Assembly: GCF_001194135.2 (NCBI RefSeq)
Contig: NC_068993.1
Coordinates: forward strand, 27,069,393 to 27,106,504
From: Octopus bimaculoides
Lineage: Eukaryota
DNA length: 37,112 nucleotides
Direction of reading: 5' to 3'
Part shown: one piece after another, positions 1 through 13,325 of the stretch
How positions within the stretch are numbered: the stretch's first letter is position 1
Layout of the letters: each line of letters begins with the position of its first letter
Made by a program: the position numbers and the translations under genes
Notes under the pieces: model-generated
What the model was told of the DNA's origin: nothing
The model's input: the letters and a program-made list of their open reading frames with translations, nothing else
Database searches by the model: none

Positions 1-133
1 TTATTATTCAAATTCTCATTCCTACCTGTTTCCCTAGACTCAAGTATTTTAATGTTATGTGCTGCTATTATCTGTGCTATGTTCCTAGTATTTGAAAATC
101 CAAATCTGATTATATGTGTGTTGATAATCTTAC

Positions 134-232
134 CATAGTGTGAGCTCCTTGGGAAGTGTCTACCTATCACTTCTCTAAACTTAGCTATAAGATTACTCCT
201 GATATTTCTCCCAAATATAGAATTTGAAGTCT
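134..232 (-). CDS. Candidate host-gene exon (phase 1-1), peptide (E)TSNSIFGRNIRSNLIAKFREVIGRHFPRSSHY, product unknown
   Basis: 99-nt stop-free segment in non-repeat DNA, bounded on the minus strand by a T-rich tract ending ...GACAG and a GTAAGA donor. No homology recognised. Confidence 0.25.
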
Positions 233-272
233 CTGTCTCTTTTGAATATGAAAATTTAAAAGTTTAAAAACC

Positions 273-277
<5 letters not shown>

Positions 278-309
<32 letters not shown>

Positions 310-422
310 TATACTATATACTATACTGTACTATACACACGCGTGCACACACACACACACGCAACCACGCATACATACATACATACATACATACATACAT
401 ACATACAAACATACATACATAC
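278..422. repeat. Compound microsatellite (AT)n / (CA)n / (CATA)n
   Basis: Directly visible simple repeats. Confidence 0.95.
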
Positions 423-430
423 ACTGTATA

Positions 431-657
431 TTGCTGTTTTACACTGCACTTACTGATATATACTGTATGTTACTGCCACACATTGTGCATTACTTCTATA
501 CCCGTCACACTACTGCTGTGAACTGTACACTAGTATTATACATCGTACGTTACTGCTATACAATGGACACTTCTGCTACCCTCTGGATGTTACTACAGTA
601 TACTGTACACTGTTACTATACACTGCTCCTACTTTCTGTACACTGGACGCTACATTC
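431..657. repeat. Degenerate 20-bp minisatellite, consensus YTACTGCTATACACTGTACA, about 11 copies
   Basis: Units start every 20 bp from 450 to 649 (e.g. TTACTGATATATACTGTATG, TTACTGCTATACAATGGACA). Confidence 0.85.
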
Positions 658-814
658 ATTTTTTTAAATCTTTGTCTCCGTACCTTCACTTTCCATAAGA
701 CAACCAGCGCTACAGTTTTACGTGGGTTGTTACTATTTTCCATTTGAAAACACATAGTCAAGCATATGTGTGCGTGTAAAAATGTCCACACACACAAACC
801 CCCACACACACATG

Positions 815-827
815 CTCTCTCTCCCTC

Positions 828-892
<65 letters not shown>

Positions 893-905
893 GTCTCTCT
901 CTCTC
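815..905. repeat. (CT)n/(TCTG)n microsatellite
   Basis: Directly visible. Confidence 0.95.
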
Positions 906-2059
906 AATATCTTTCTCTCTTTCTCACGCACACACACAAACACACATCTATGCTCACTACACTGTATGTATAGTGCGTACCTAAATACATATGCGTGTTC
1001 TATATTAAACTGTGGAATATGGAGTTATTAAAGAAATGATATATTGAGGTTACTATAGACAAGGCACGAATTAATTAGTTTTACACAGTATGTGTGTAGT
1101 TATAAGATATGAAGAGCTACTGAAGTTTACAACCATCCTTACAGACCACTTAAGTCCTCACTGTGAAGTACAATGTTATGTGAGTTTTTGCTTTATGTTG
1201 CATAAGTCTAAGTGGAATATGAGACTAATATTGTGTCATTCTAATTGTCCCCCTTAAGTTAACCACTCAAAATGTTACACTCAGTCATACATACATACAC
1301 CCATCCATCCATACATACATACTATCACGCGCATGTGTGTGTCACGAATATTCGAGAAATATGTGCCGTGTGAGACTGGGTGGACGTGCATGCATCATCA
1401 TTTACACATAATCATAAACTCAATTCCCTCCCGCAAGACCTATCCTATCTAACCTTAGCAACACTTTCGACTTCAACCAACCATCAAACTCGACACAACA
1501 GATTATTGCACTTTACCACTATTCCCCAACACCACACGCAACCATCACTCTCAACTTCTACACTCAACTACTACATTTAGCACAAACTAAGCTTCCAGAT
1601 TCAATCAGTACGCTTAAACGGAGACAACGTGGAAGCCTTTTACTAGGTCGCTCAACTGTCTAGAAATGTTAAAAGAGTAGACAAATCACCTTCAAATCAC
1701 ATCCTACCGATTTAAAAGAAAAGGGTACATTATATAATGTGGGACTAGTTTCTCTGCCTATAGGAAAGACGTGATGGTTACGAGAGGAACGTATTTTGTC
1801 GTAGATATGTTTAATTAGAACAAACCTGAGGATAAACAGCAAAGTTTACACTCAACCGTCGCATTCAACGACATAAACATACCACCTCATTGATCATACT
1901 CAAACACTACAATCAATCACTATACATGAACAATCACCACACTCAGTCACCACATTCGATCATAACAACAATATAAATATACCACATACACACTCAAACA
2001 CACACATACACACACAAACACACACTCAGAAATATTAAGACACATAGTAAAGAATTCAA

Positions 2060-2510
2060 AACAATAAACAAACATGCAATATGTTTACTTAACAGAAACA
2101 AATAACATAAAGGCACATTGCATGCAGCAAAATTCGATTGAACACGAATTTCGCCAGTTCAGTCTGGACCACCAATAGTTCCATAACAAAGCACGATTAA
2201 CCACAAATAATATAAAACAGTAAACTTCGACTTGAATGTAGACCATACTCAAAAATCACAAAGAACAAAAGCAAAAATACTGAAAATGAAGACCACCTTG
2301 ACTTCAGAGGGCGATACTACCATTACATAAACAATCATCCCCTCCCAAAACAGGCACATCAACTACACTCTACAACACTATAACAACACCATCCTGAGCA
2401 TCTTAAACATACTCGCACATAGTTCAAACTATATCAGAAATAGAAATATAAAACATGCCTATACGCAGAAATAGCTGGGGCTCCTATATCCACACCAACC
2501 CCAAACAATG
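2060..2510 (+). mobile_element. Very degraded AP-endonuclease-like LINE fragment (L2/CR1-like?)
   Basis: With frameshifts it gives AICL(L)TET (APE motif I-like), GDTTI-YINN (GGGVAIYI-like) and LGLLYPHQP (GAIYRPP-like). Confidence 0.3.
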
Positions 2511-2675
2511 AGATGAAGTATACATAATCATTAATAAGTACAGAGAATCTGTCTGCACCTGTCGCAATCTATACGAGTTTGCTTCGTCCGTCAACGTTAT
2601 GATTATTACCAGAATATGCAGGCACTCAGAAGAATCAATAGTGCTGTCTAAGTTGTAGCCTACACTTTAGGGTGT

Positions 2676-2775
2676 TGCACATTCCCAGACTGGCTGTACG
2701 GTGTGTTCTTGAGTAAAACAGTCCATTTCAAGTTTATCTAGTCAACTCAGCTGTAAATGGGTAACCTTGGATGAA
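2676..2775 (+). mobile_element. SINE fragment with CORE-like central domain
   Basis: GTGTTCTTGAGTAAAACA...TCAACTCAGCTGTAAATGGGTAACC resembles the CORE-SINE central domain. Confidence 0.35.
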
Positions 2776-3416
2776 TTGGCGTACAAGGGTGCGATGGTGG
2801 CTCATGAAAATCACCCGAACGGAGATCACGCAATCACTATTTGTATTCAATGATCGAAAGGATGAATAATACAACCGGTACTTCGAATCTTGATTGAAAA
2901 CGTGATCACTCAATCTGCAAGAAAATAACACTCAGATCATACACTGTCTTAAAAGTTGGAAGTCTAAGGTAATCATAGACAAACTATGTTTGAAGAAGCA
3001 AATAGGATGGTCACAGCTAAAACTGCTTTCAACAACGATTAGACAGCAACGACAGTATCAATAACAAGAAGAAAAAAAGGTGTACAAAAGAAGACCTGGC
3101 GGTGAAGCAAGTATCACATTTCTAACTGCACAGTATACATGCATACGTGTGGCAGTATGGTACTTAGTTATGCAGAAGTGCCTCGAACAACAGACCTGGA
3201 GGTCGACTCTTAATGTTTGACCGAATAACCTGCTAACCATAGGTCTGCCAGATGAGACCAACTAACCTGCAGCCACACAACTAGAGAACAAGTGCGCATA
3301 CTAAAATTTATGTGTACACACACACATGCACAAAAGCACACACGCACACACGCACGCACACACGCACGCACACAAACTATATATATGTAGATATTTATAT
3401 ACATATTTGTATAAAT

Positions 3417-3465
<49 letters not shown>

Positions 3466-3516
3466 TGTGTATACACACATACGTATAGACATACATATAT
3501 ACATACATACATGCAA

Positions 3517-4320
3517 TGGAGGGCTATAAGGTTCAGAGGCTGACAATTAAGGAGTGATGCTACAGCTGTGATAAATTTCAGATCTACTTATTAATAACTG
3601 CTTTGTTTCTTTCCCGGTAAACTGACATCAAAGAAGATTTCAAAAGTAACTAATAGCCAAAAGTCAACGAAATTTGACATCGTGGTGTTATCAAGTACCT
3701 GCAGAAAAAAAGGGTTAGCCCCCACCCCACTCCCCAAGGACATTTATGCTGACATGGTTGCTACATTAAGGGATGACGCTCCAACTTCATCAACGGTGCA
3801 AAAGCGGGCAGCTGAATTTAGGAGAGGAAGGGTCATCTACAAGATAACCCAGGGTCTGGACGTCCTGCACCTTCCACCACGGAGAAAAACTTTGATTGTT
3901 CACCACATGGTGATGGATGACAGGCGATTGACTTATAAATCAAACAGCCAATGCTATTAGTATATCCCTTGAGAGAGTTGAGAATATTCTCCACTACGAA
4001 CTTGGCATGACGAAGGTTTCTGCCCGGATGGTACCGCGTCTTCTAACACCCGATCAAAAGTGCACCAGGTAGACCAAATCACAGGAAAATCTGACATTGT
4101 CTGAGGTAGATCCAGATGGTTTCTTTGAACGTTTCCTAATTTAGGATGGTGTTGGGTACATCACTTTGAAACAAAGACAAAGAAACAAGCCATGCAGTGG
4201 GAACACCCCCTCCTCTCCGGCTCTAAAGAAGGCCAAGGCCGTTTCAAACGGGTCACATCATCAACAGAGAGTATTATGCCAACTTGCTGAGGAAAGGCTA
4301 TCAAGCCCAAACAAAAATGT
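3517..4320 (+). mobile_element. Mariner transposon relic (irritans/Himar1-like), frameshifted and 3'-truncated
   Basis: Translations RGVIKYLQKKG..KDIYADMVATLRDDAPTSSTVQKRAAEFRRGR, ISLERVENILHYELGMTKVSARMVPRLLTPDQK (WVPRLLT motif) and INREYYANLL. The C-terminal catalytic region and right TIR are absent. Confidence 0.9.
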
Positions 4321-4640
4321 GAACAGAAAAATTTATACGAATAGTATATTAAAGAGTGAGCAGTGGGATAAATAAATTTAAAATATAGGAATTGGTTATT
4401 CAAAAATATCTCCTAAAATCAACGAGTGATACGTGCAAGAAAATTATTTTTTCTTAACGAAATATACGAATTAGAAATCAAAATTAAATTAGTCACAACA
4501 TATTAATCAAAGTATCTTTCGATTCTATTAAAAGGTAGGAAGAGTTTTTAAAATATAGAAGCTTGAACACAATGCAGTGAATAGTGGTAAATTAAATGCA
4601 GTAAAATAGAAAATTATTTAATTTCACGACAAAGATCTGA

Positions 4641-4808
4641 AATTTGGAGAAGGGGGGAGACAAATCCATTACAACGACCCCGGAGCTCAACTGATACTTA
4701 TTTCATCGACCGCGAAAGGCTGAAAGGTAAAGTCGACCTCGGTGAAATATGAAGTCAAAATGTAAAAACGGATGAAATCCAGTAAGCGTTTTACCAACTC
4801 GCTGCCTA
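4641..4808 (-). mobile_element. tRNA-derived SINE (same family as 13326-13920)
   Basis: Minus strand AGGCAGCGAGTTGG...GAGGTCGACTTTACCTTTCAGCCTTTCGCGGTCGATGAAATAAGTATCAG matches the copies at 13.3-13.9 kb. Confidence 0.8.
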
Positions 4809-5039
4809 AATGCAAAGAAATCATTAATCTAAGTGATTCACGATGTTGTTTGTTACTTGAAAGGTCTTTAATACTGATGTTTTTTGGGCAGATGGAAGAG
4901 TAGAGGGTCATCAATGAATAAGTTTAAATGTTTCCCACTTGGACGAATATATTTTCTTAATCACAGATACGCACTCTGAAAATGAAATTTCCATCTCAAT
5001 ATTTCATCATTTAGCATCTCAAACAATTCCATTTGATAG

Positions 5040-6913
5040 TTTTCTGAAGCAGGGCCCACTTACACATTAAATAACAAACATCTTCAACTGGTTTTCATGC
5101 ACGCAAAAATCAATACGTAATGAAAACTCTTTCTTTAATTTTTGGATCACATTCACTAATGTTTGGATCCTGCTTCACTTAAAAAAAAAAAACCACTGAA
5201 GAAAATATGTACAGATTCCTTTTTGAAATTGTATTTCCACAACTGTAAATTTGTTTCAAATACTTCTATATGACCTTGCATCTCCTGTACCAGCTCGATT
5301 TTCTCTGTAATGGAGATATAATGTCTAAAAGAAATACCAAAGCTGAAAAACCAATCAGGATTATAAAAATATGAAGTATCCGTACTTTTTCATTTAAAGA
5401 ATATTACCACCTCTTCATGCAATGCAGATACTTTTTCTCCAATATTTGACCTTCGAGTAAGCCAGTATAAACTGCAGAAAGTCAGGTCCCTTACCGTCTT
5501 CACGACAATGTCTGTAATATTCCTTATTTTCAGAGATTTTCCGCATAATACCTCTTCATAATTTATTCAATGTATTTTGATCAGTTTCTGTGCGCTTTCG
5601 ATGCGTTCAATTTCTCCCCGCAAGAACGCAATTATACCATTTTTCTGTCCCACCATTGCAAATGGTCCATTATTTGATGACAAATAACTTCAACTCATCA
5701 GGTTTAACTCTCTAACACCATTTTCAATAAAGCTTCAAAATATTTGCTCCAGTAACCGTATCGTTCGCAGGGATAAATTGAATAAACATTTCTAAAAGTT
5801 GAAAATTTAATGTGACTCCTCGCTCAAATACTTAGTTGAACATATATGTGCTCTCGTCAAGCGCAGCTGAAAAAGTTGCAATTTGTTGCAAGCATCCTTT
5901 AAAAAAGTTTCAGTATCATGCTATCATTGTTGCAGACTGACTGGGCTGAGAGAGGCAGTAAAGAGAGAGTAAACAATGCCCACCACTGCCAGTAAACATT
6001 CTTTGATAAATTCTACATTTGTAAAATTATTCGTCTTTTCTGCAATTTGTATTGAGACTTTGTAGCTGGCACGAATTCATTGCTTTTCCTGGGAAAATAG
6101 TACGTTAGTTCACTTACAAGTCTTCAGCCGCTCAGCTTCATTTTTCTTCCTTATCTAGTAAATCTCCAAAAATTTTCCGTCCGGTAATGTCACCAGATAT
6201 TTGCCCCTTTCTTCGCAGCAACTTTGCTAGACATACGTGGTTGATCATTTCGGTACTCAGTATCAACTTCCTGCATTTTGCATTTATTGTTTTGTTGTAA
6301 TGAAAATTTTTTTCTTTGATTTTATTTCCAAAGTGAGTTATTCAACATATTCGTGGAACATGTAAATATCTGGCATGTCTAATCTCCTGTTATTGCAAGA
6401 GATCTCAAGAAGTTGTGTGACATGCATAGCGGCGCGTGAACTGGTCGCAATACCACTGGTGTTTAAAAAGAAGTCATCAAGCCTGAGAAAGTACCACTAT
6501 GCAACTGATATAGAAGAGGAGTTAGTTTTACATAGAAAACGCTTGCATATCCACTGTGTTTAAGCCAAAAGAAAAGGGGGAAAATACTGACCTTGCTAGA
6601 ATTAATGAAGTATTTTTCTTCAAGCAAATAATTAACGTGGATTTTTTTTTTTTTTGAAACATAGTGACACTATTTGTATTCATAAATAGAACGATCACAC
6701 TTGAAAACATGCGCGTGCACAGATACATATTAATGAGGTGTTCCTACTAACCGGGATTCCTATATACCAGTGTTTGTTTAGATACACTATTAGTATACTC
6801 GTGTGAAACACTTAGAATAACGAAAGGTCGTTCGGGCCGGATAAACAGAACGTCCCAATAGCTGTGCGTCGGTGAAAATCCTTTCGCGGGCCGGATCTTC
6901 TTGCTCACCCTTG
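5040..6913 (-). mobile_element. hAT DNA transposon relic (Charlie/GTF2IRD2-type transposase pseudogene)
   Basis: Minus-strand fragments ASYKVSIQIAEKTNNFTNVEFIKECLLAVV, FSAALDEST, NGPFAMVGQKNGIIAFL, KIH*INYEEVLCGKSLK and NPDWFF. Terminal CAAGGGTGAGCAA with GGCCCGCG subterminal motif at 6887-6913. The other end was not found. Confidence 0.85.
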
Positions 6914-7599
6914 ATCTTCAACATTCAGAAACTAGAACAAGAGCAATTTCACCGATTTATGCAAACTCTGGATTCTGATGCCATAAATTATAGTCAGTGA
7001 AGTATTCTCGTGAAAATGTCGGTGAATTTGATCACACAGAAACAACTGTAACGATACAGTGCACTATTTTATTCTAACAGCATAACATAACAATTACTCT
7101 GCAGTACATTGTGTTACACACTGCGAAAAACTATGTCGTATTTATCTCTATCTTATAAATAGTTCATACAGATAAAGAGTAATAACAACGATAGCAATAA
7201 AATAATTAAAAACAAAAACATCATGAGACCAGATACCAGAATGAGGCTTGGATGTCTCTTGTGATCAGAATAGATGTATTCATTTTTAAGCAAAATATAA
7301 AAAATAAATAAAACTCATTTGCTTTGAATATTCAAACATTGATAAATTGTTTTTGCACTGTTTCATGGCGAAAGTGATATAATCTATTGCAACATGCATT
7401 TACTCAAAGTAATTTGATTTTACTGTACAATAAATAAATAAATATTTAAATAAATAAATATTTAAATAAATAAATGAATAAATTATGTGCCTATAAATAA
7501 AAGACTATCTAATGTAATGGATATGAGATTTTGCCTTTCATCTATTCTTACCTCACTTTATGTACATTACTGAAAGAACACTTGTGTGTGTAGACGATC

Positions 7600-7777
7600 A
7601 ACAGTGTTTCATTTCACTATCTCGAAGAGGGTGGGATCTTTAGGTTTTATACGTGTGCCTCGGAGTGGAGTGGGGCCTAAAAGCACTGAAACCTTCCAAT
7701 TCTTTTAGTAGTGATATTTTAATTTATCAAAAGGCCCACTAATCAGAACTCCCGCAGATCAGAGCACAAAGGGTTAA
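7600..7777. mobile_element. Possible end of a TTAA-type (piggyBac-like) non-autonomous element
   Basis: Ends in AAAGGGTTAA like the piggyBac end at 23491-23500. No partner end seen. Confidence 0.3.
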
Positions 7778-7929
7778 TATCATTGGATATCAGTTTCAGG
7801 TGTTAAATATAACGAATACTTTTCTAAGAATATACTACTATGAGTGATACCAGTTACTGAATATTGAGCTGTCAAATAAGCCCTAACTTTTTATTTACAT
7901 TCACAGTGAAGTTAACGATTATTACTTAC

Positions 7930-7982
7930 CGTCATCGATGTGTGAACATTTCCAAATAAACCAGCAGCAAAATGTAAATATT
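7930..7982 (-). CDS. Candidate host-gene exon (53 nt; phase 1-0 reading YLHFAAGLFGNVHTSMT)
   Basis: Strong acceptor TTTTCTTTGCATACAG and perfect donor GTAAGT. Two frames are open and no homology was recognised. Confidence 0.35.
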
Positions 7983-8025
7983 CTGTATGCAAAGAAAATT
8001 AACCTTTACCTTTATAACTTCTCTT

Positions 8026-8759
8026 GGCGCGGTGCCAATTTGAACAAATCTGTCTAATTAGCTTAAAACAGGTAATAATTTGAACTGGATCTTAGTAGTT
8101 ATCGTCACTGTTTACAATTTTGTTCCAATTGTTTTCAAATTTGGTATATGGATTAAGTTTTATATACTAATTATGAAAATGAAATTCATTTTCCCTATAA
8201 ATTCATAATTAAAAAGTTATTAGCCTTTAAAATTTGCAAAATTTGGGTATTTTAGCCAATCAGAAGCGAGTATTTTACACATCATCGTGAAGTTCTGTTA
8301 GCATATTAAGCAAAGAAACACCACATGTTCCATAGCTGATGGCGAAGAACTCTATTTCCATAGTAACCAAAGATGCTGTGCATGCGCACAATGAATGTAA
8401 ACCACCAAATTGAGTGTTATCAACAAATTAAGAGTACCTGGGAAATTGAGAGTACGTGGAAACAAACGGCGGTGTGGGATACACCGTTCCATGGTTGACT
8501 CTTATCTTTGTGAATTTATGTGGAGAAGATATGAGAAAGATAATTTATTTTATAAAATTCTAGAGTGTATTGCAAACTCTCGTTCTTCAGCTTTTTAACT
8601 AATAAATGTCAGTTTTAAGCAATGTTTTGACTGTTATTTCTGGCAACTTCTGTTAATTTGCTCATAGCTTTTAAATGTTTAATTTGCTCGCTAATATTTT
8701 AATGTTTTTCACTGTTTACTTTGCTCGTGCATATTTTAATGTTTTGACTGTTATTGCTA
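8026..8759 (+). mobile_element. Merlin / ISXO2 (IS1595-like) DNA transposon, internally deleted relic; right end lies in or beyond the gap
   Basis: VNH...IESTW motif followed by NKRRCGIHRSMVDSYLCEFMWRR (ISXO2 C-terminal signature). Putative TIR GGCGCGGTGCCAA at 8026. Confidence 0.75.
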
Positions 8760-9222
8760 NNNNNNNNNNNNNNNNNNNNNNNNNNNNNNNNNNNNNNNNN
8801 NNNNNNNNNNNNNNNNNNNNNNNNNNNNNNNNNNNNNNNNNNNNNNNNNNNNNNNNNNNNNNNNNNNNNNNNNNNNNNNNNNNNNNNNNNNNNNNNNNNN
8901 NNNNNNNNNNNNNNNNNNNNNNNNNNNNNNNNNNNNNNNNNNNNNNNNNNNNNNNNNNNNNNNNNNNNNNNNNNNNNNNNNNNNNNNNNNNNNNNNNNNN
9001 NNNNNNNNNNNNNNNNNNNNNNNNNNNNNNNNNNNNNNNNNNNNNNNNNNNNNNNNNNNNNNNNNNNNNNNNNNNNNNNNNNNNNNNNNNNNNNNNNNNN
9101 NNNNNNNNNNNNNNNNNNNNNNNNNNNNNNNNNNNNNNNNNNNNNNNNNNNNNNNNNNNNNNNNNNNNNNNNNNNNNNNNNNNNNNNNNNNNNNNNNNNN
9201 NNNNNNNNNNNNNNNNNNNNNN
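8760..9222. other. Assembly gap (other gaps: 24754-24825, 25341-26194, 28147-28161, 29909-30181, 33219-34173)
   Basis: Runs of N, mostly flanked by (AT)n or other simple repeats. Confidence 1.
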
Positions 9223-9256
<34 letters not shown>

Positions 9257-9259
<3 letters not shown>

Positions 9260-9283
9260 ACGGGTTTCTTTCAGTTTCCGTCT
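9257..9283 (-). mobile_element. Short 3' fragment of the SINE family at 12881-13023 and 29619-29783
   Basis: ACAACGGGTTTCTTTCAGTTTCCGTCT next to (AT)n matches those copies. Confidence 0.65.
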
Positions 9284-10210
9284 TAATGTTTTTACTTAAA
9301 GATTTCGACATGCAGTGACGATAGCCACAAAGATCATTTGGCCTCACTATTTGGGGGCTAACATATTTGTGTCGATTATTAATTTCACAGGATGTTTTGA
9401 TGGTTTTGATGAACTGATTATTCATTATTTTGGATTAAATATATTCATATTAAATATATTTATTACTAATCACCGTGTAGCGAGTTAACAAAACCATTTT
9501 GCTTGACTTATAACTAGCCATCAATAACTGCGTGACAGTATGCCGAAGGAAATAAAATAACATTACAGAGGATACACAGCTAAATTAACATGTGACTGTA
9601 TCACTTGATCATAAACCTAATTAGAATTAGGAGCCCATTCATCCAAACGGTAAAAGAAAGAAAGACAGAAAGAAAGAAAGAAAAGAAAAATCTGCCAGAC
9701 TACATTTGTAATGAACATTTCAGAACCACTTGATTAAATCGGTAAAATACCAGATTAAATTAATCGTAAATGCAAATAAATTTTTTATAATAGAATTCAG
9801 TGGACAACTAATTTGAAGTCCATGTGCATAGTAATCCCCTGAAGAAGATAGGATAAACGAGCTAAATTAGCAAACTTGTCTACCATAATAGCATCTAACT
9901 AAATTGGGCGGCTGTTTTTTAAACATAGATATCTTGCCGATTCATTGAACCATTCACCACAATAGACTACTCAGCCAACTGGATAAAAATGCCAGTCATC
10001 CTTAACTATATTAGCACCCAGGCACAGCACTACATATGTTGTGTGTAAAAACAATCATAACATATTTGAGTTAATGTTACTTTAAGTGTTGGGTGGATAA
10101 AGAATGACTGATAGCGAAAGGTGTGAGAATTTATTAGAGAGGTTGGAGTGATTGGATGAGGAGTTAAGAGGGAAGTATGAAAGAGTGTTAACATTGAGAA
10201 TAAAGGGAGG

Positions 10211-10485
<275 letters not shown>

Positions 10486-10601
10486 AGAAAAAATTTAAGC
10501 ATTTAAAAAGAGGAAAAAGAGAGGGTTAATATAAAGAATAATATATACAGGCTGATAGTAATACATAGATTAACCGCAACAGTCAGACCTTTATCTATTT
10601 G

Positions 10602-10602
<1 letters not shown>

Positions 10603-10665
<63 letters not shown>
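10603..10665. repeat. Inverted tetranucleotide microsatellite (CTAT)n followed by (AGAT)n
   Basis: Directly visible; the two halves are reverse complements. Confidence 0.95.
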
Positions 10666-11776
10666 GAGGAGGGAATGAGCGATGTATTATAGTAACAGGA
10701 CGTAAAGTATCATTAGGTTATCAATTTCGCAAGGATTCTAAGAGAAGCTGCTGGTGTAAGGGAGATAATTAGGTTTGTTAACTATGCAATATACTGACAC
10801 AGATAGAAGTAATATAGAAAAAGCTAGCATTCATGAAGTGACGCTTTTGCAAATATTTTCATTTTCAACTTTCTTGGAGTAATGATGCAGAGGAAAGGGT
10901 TTAATAACATATCTAACTCCCGATTTGACAGAACTGCAAATGTAAATTTGTTTTGATTAAAGATAAAAAATCTCAAAAGCATCTCTCCTGGTAGTTCAAT
11001 CTTGACTAGTCAAATTCCGTTCTGCTTCTTCTAGGTTCTTTTCTTTCTTTTCTTTTTTCTTTCTTCTTTTTTTTGTTTTGTTAAATAAGAATCTATTCTT
11101 TAAGAACTCAACATTTCTTCGGGAAACTCAGGTATTGTAATGAAACTATTAGCGAGATAATAGCCTATGATAATTATACATGTTTTGACAGCCAAATTTG
11201 TCTGTAGTTTTTAACGTGGGTGATTTGACTGTTTTGACCCACCTCGGACGAAACCCCTTAGATAAAAAGAAACCGAGGAAAAAATCCCTAATGACAAAAC
11301 CCACCTACGACGAAAGAAAAATAAATAAACAAACAAACAGAAATAAACCAACCAATTTCTAAATCTTATCTTAGTATTTTCTGAACACTTCTCCGAGATA
11401 TAAAATGTTACATTAATTATATAACCCCAATCACAAAAAATGAGCATAATAAAAGAACAACATATCGCATCTATGAAAAATAAAACAAATATAATATTGA
11501 AAATCTTATTGTGTTGAAATTCATTTAAAGTTCATTTTATTAAAACTTGATGCTCGTAGTCACATAGTCCAGTTGGAGGCTCTGTCCTAGTGAGTGTTTT
11601 TATGAGGAGCCCGAAAATGAGAACTGCTGATAACCATAGGTTAAACCTAATATACCCACCCAATTCTTTTCATGTGCGGTTGTTTACTTTGTTGCTTTCT
11701 TTAAGGAATTTCTAATATTCTGCTGATAGTTATTGACACGTAGTTTTGCGTATTTATCAAAGTATCTTTATTTTTT

Positions 11777-12651
<875 letters not shown>

Positions 12652-12858
12652 GTCATTAGACTACAGCCATGCTGGGACACCACCTTGAATATTTAGCCGA
12701 ATGAATCCACCCCAGTATTTATTTGTTAAGCCTGGTACTTATTCTGTAAGCCTGGTAGTTACTCTTTTGCCGAACCACTAAGTTACGGGGACGTAAACAC
12801 ACCAACACCGGTTGTCAGATGATGATGGGGGAACAAACACGGACACACAAACATAGAT
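12652..12858 (-). mobile_element. SINE (same family as 11777-11958)
   Basis: GTCATTAGACTACAGCCATGCTGG...GCCGAACCACTAAGTTACGGGGACGTAAAC. Confidence 0.85.
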
Positions 12859-12880
12859 ATATATACATACATATATATAT

Positions 12881-13023
12881 ACGACGGGTTTCTTTCAGTT
12901 TTTGCCGACCAAATCCACTCAGTCTTTGGTCAACCTAAGGCTATAGTAGAAGACACTTGCTCAAGGTGTCACACAGTGGGACTGGACCTGAAACCATGTT
13001 GTTGGGGAGCAAACTTCTTACCA
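12881..13023 (-). mobile_element. tRNA-derived SINE (same family as 29619-29783), 5' end slightly truncated
   Basis: Minus strand has B-box-like GGTCCAGTCCC then CACCTTGAGCAAGTGTCTTCTACTATAGCC...GAAAGAAACCCGTCGT(AT)n. Confidence 0.85.
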
Positions 13024-13258
13024 GTTTAGTCGGTCACATCATCACCGGTACTAACTTTAAGTCTATTACTTAATTTATCTACTTTGTCGAACTGCATATG
13101 CGCGGATATGACTTTTCGCACCATACATCCATTACTATAGGACTTTATAAAATACAAAATGGATGAAGAAATGAAATGATTGTGAGACATCTGTACATCA
13201 CTGGATTTAAGTGACGAAAGCTTGTAGAAAACGTCTGACACTCTCTTGTGATTAATTA

Positions 13259-13259
13259 A

Positions 13260-13325
<66 letters not shown>

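Noticed and set aside
7552-7569. 18-nt minus-strand microexon candidate (TTCTTTCAG ... GTAAGA)
   Set aside because: Only phase 2-2 is open, which is incompatible with the neighbouring candidate exon; such signals occur by chance in AT-rich DNA.
9399-9416. DGFDEL, resembling a NACHT Walker B motif, on the plus strand
   Set aside because: No Walker A or other NACHT context in frame, the surrounding peptide is low-complexity AT-rich translation, and the ORF is short.
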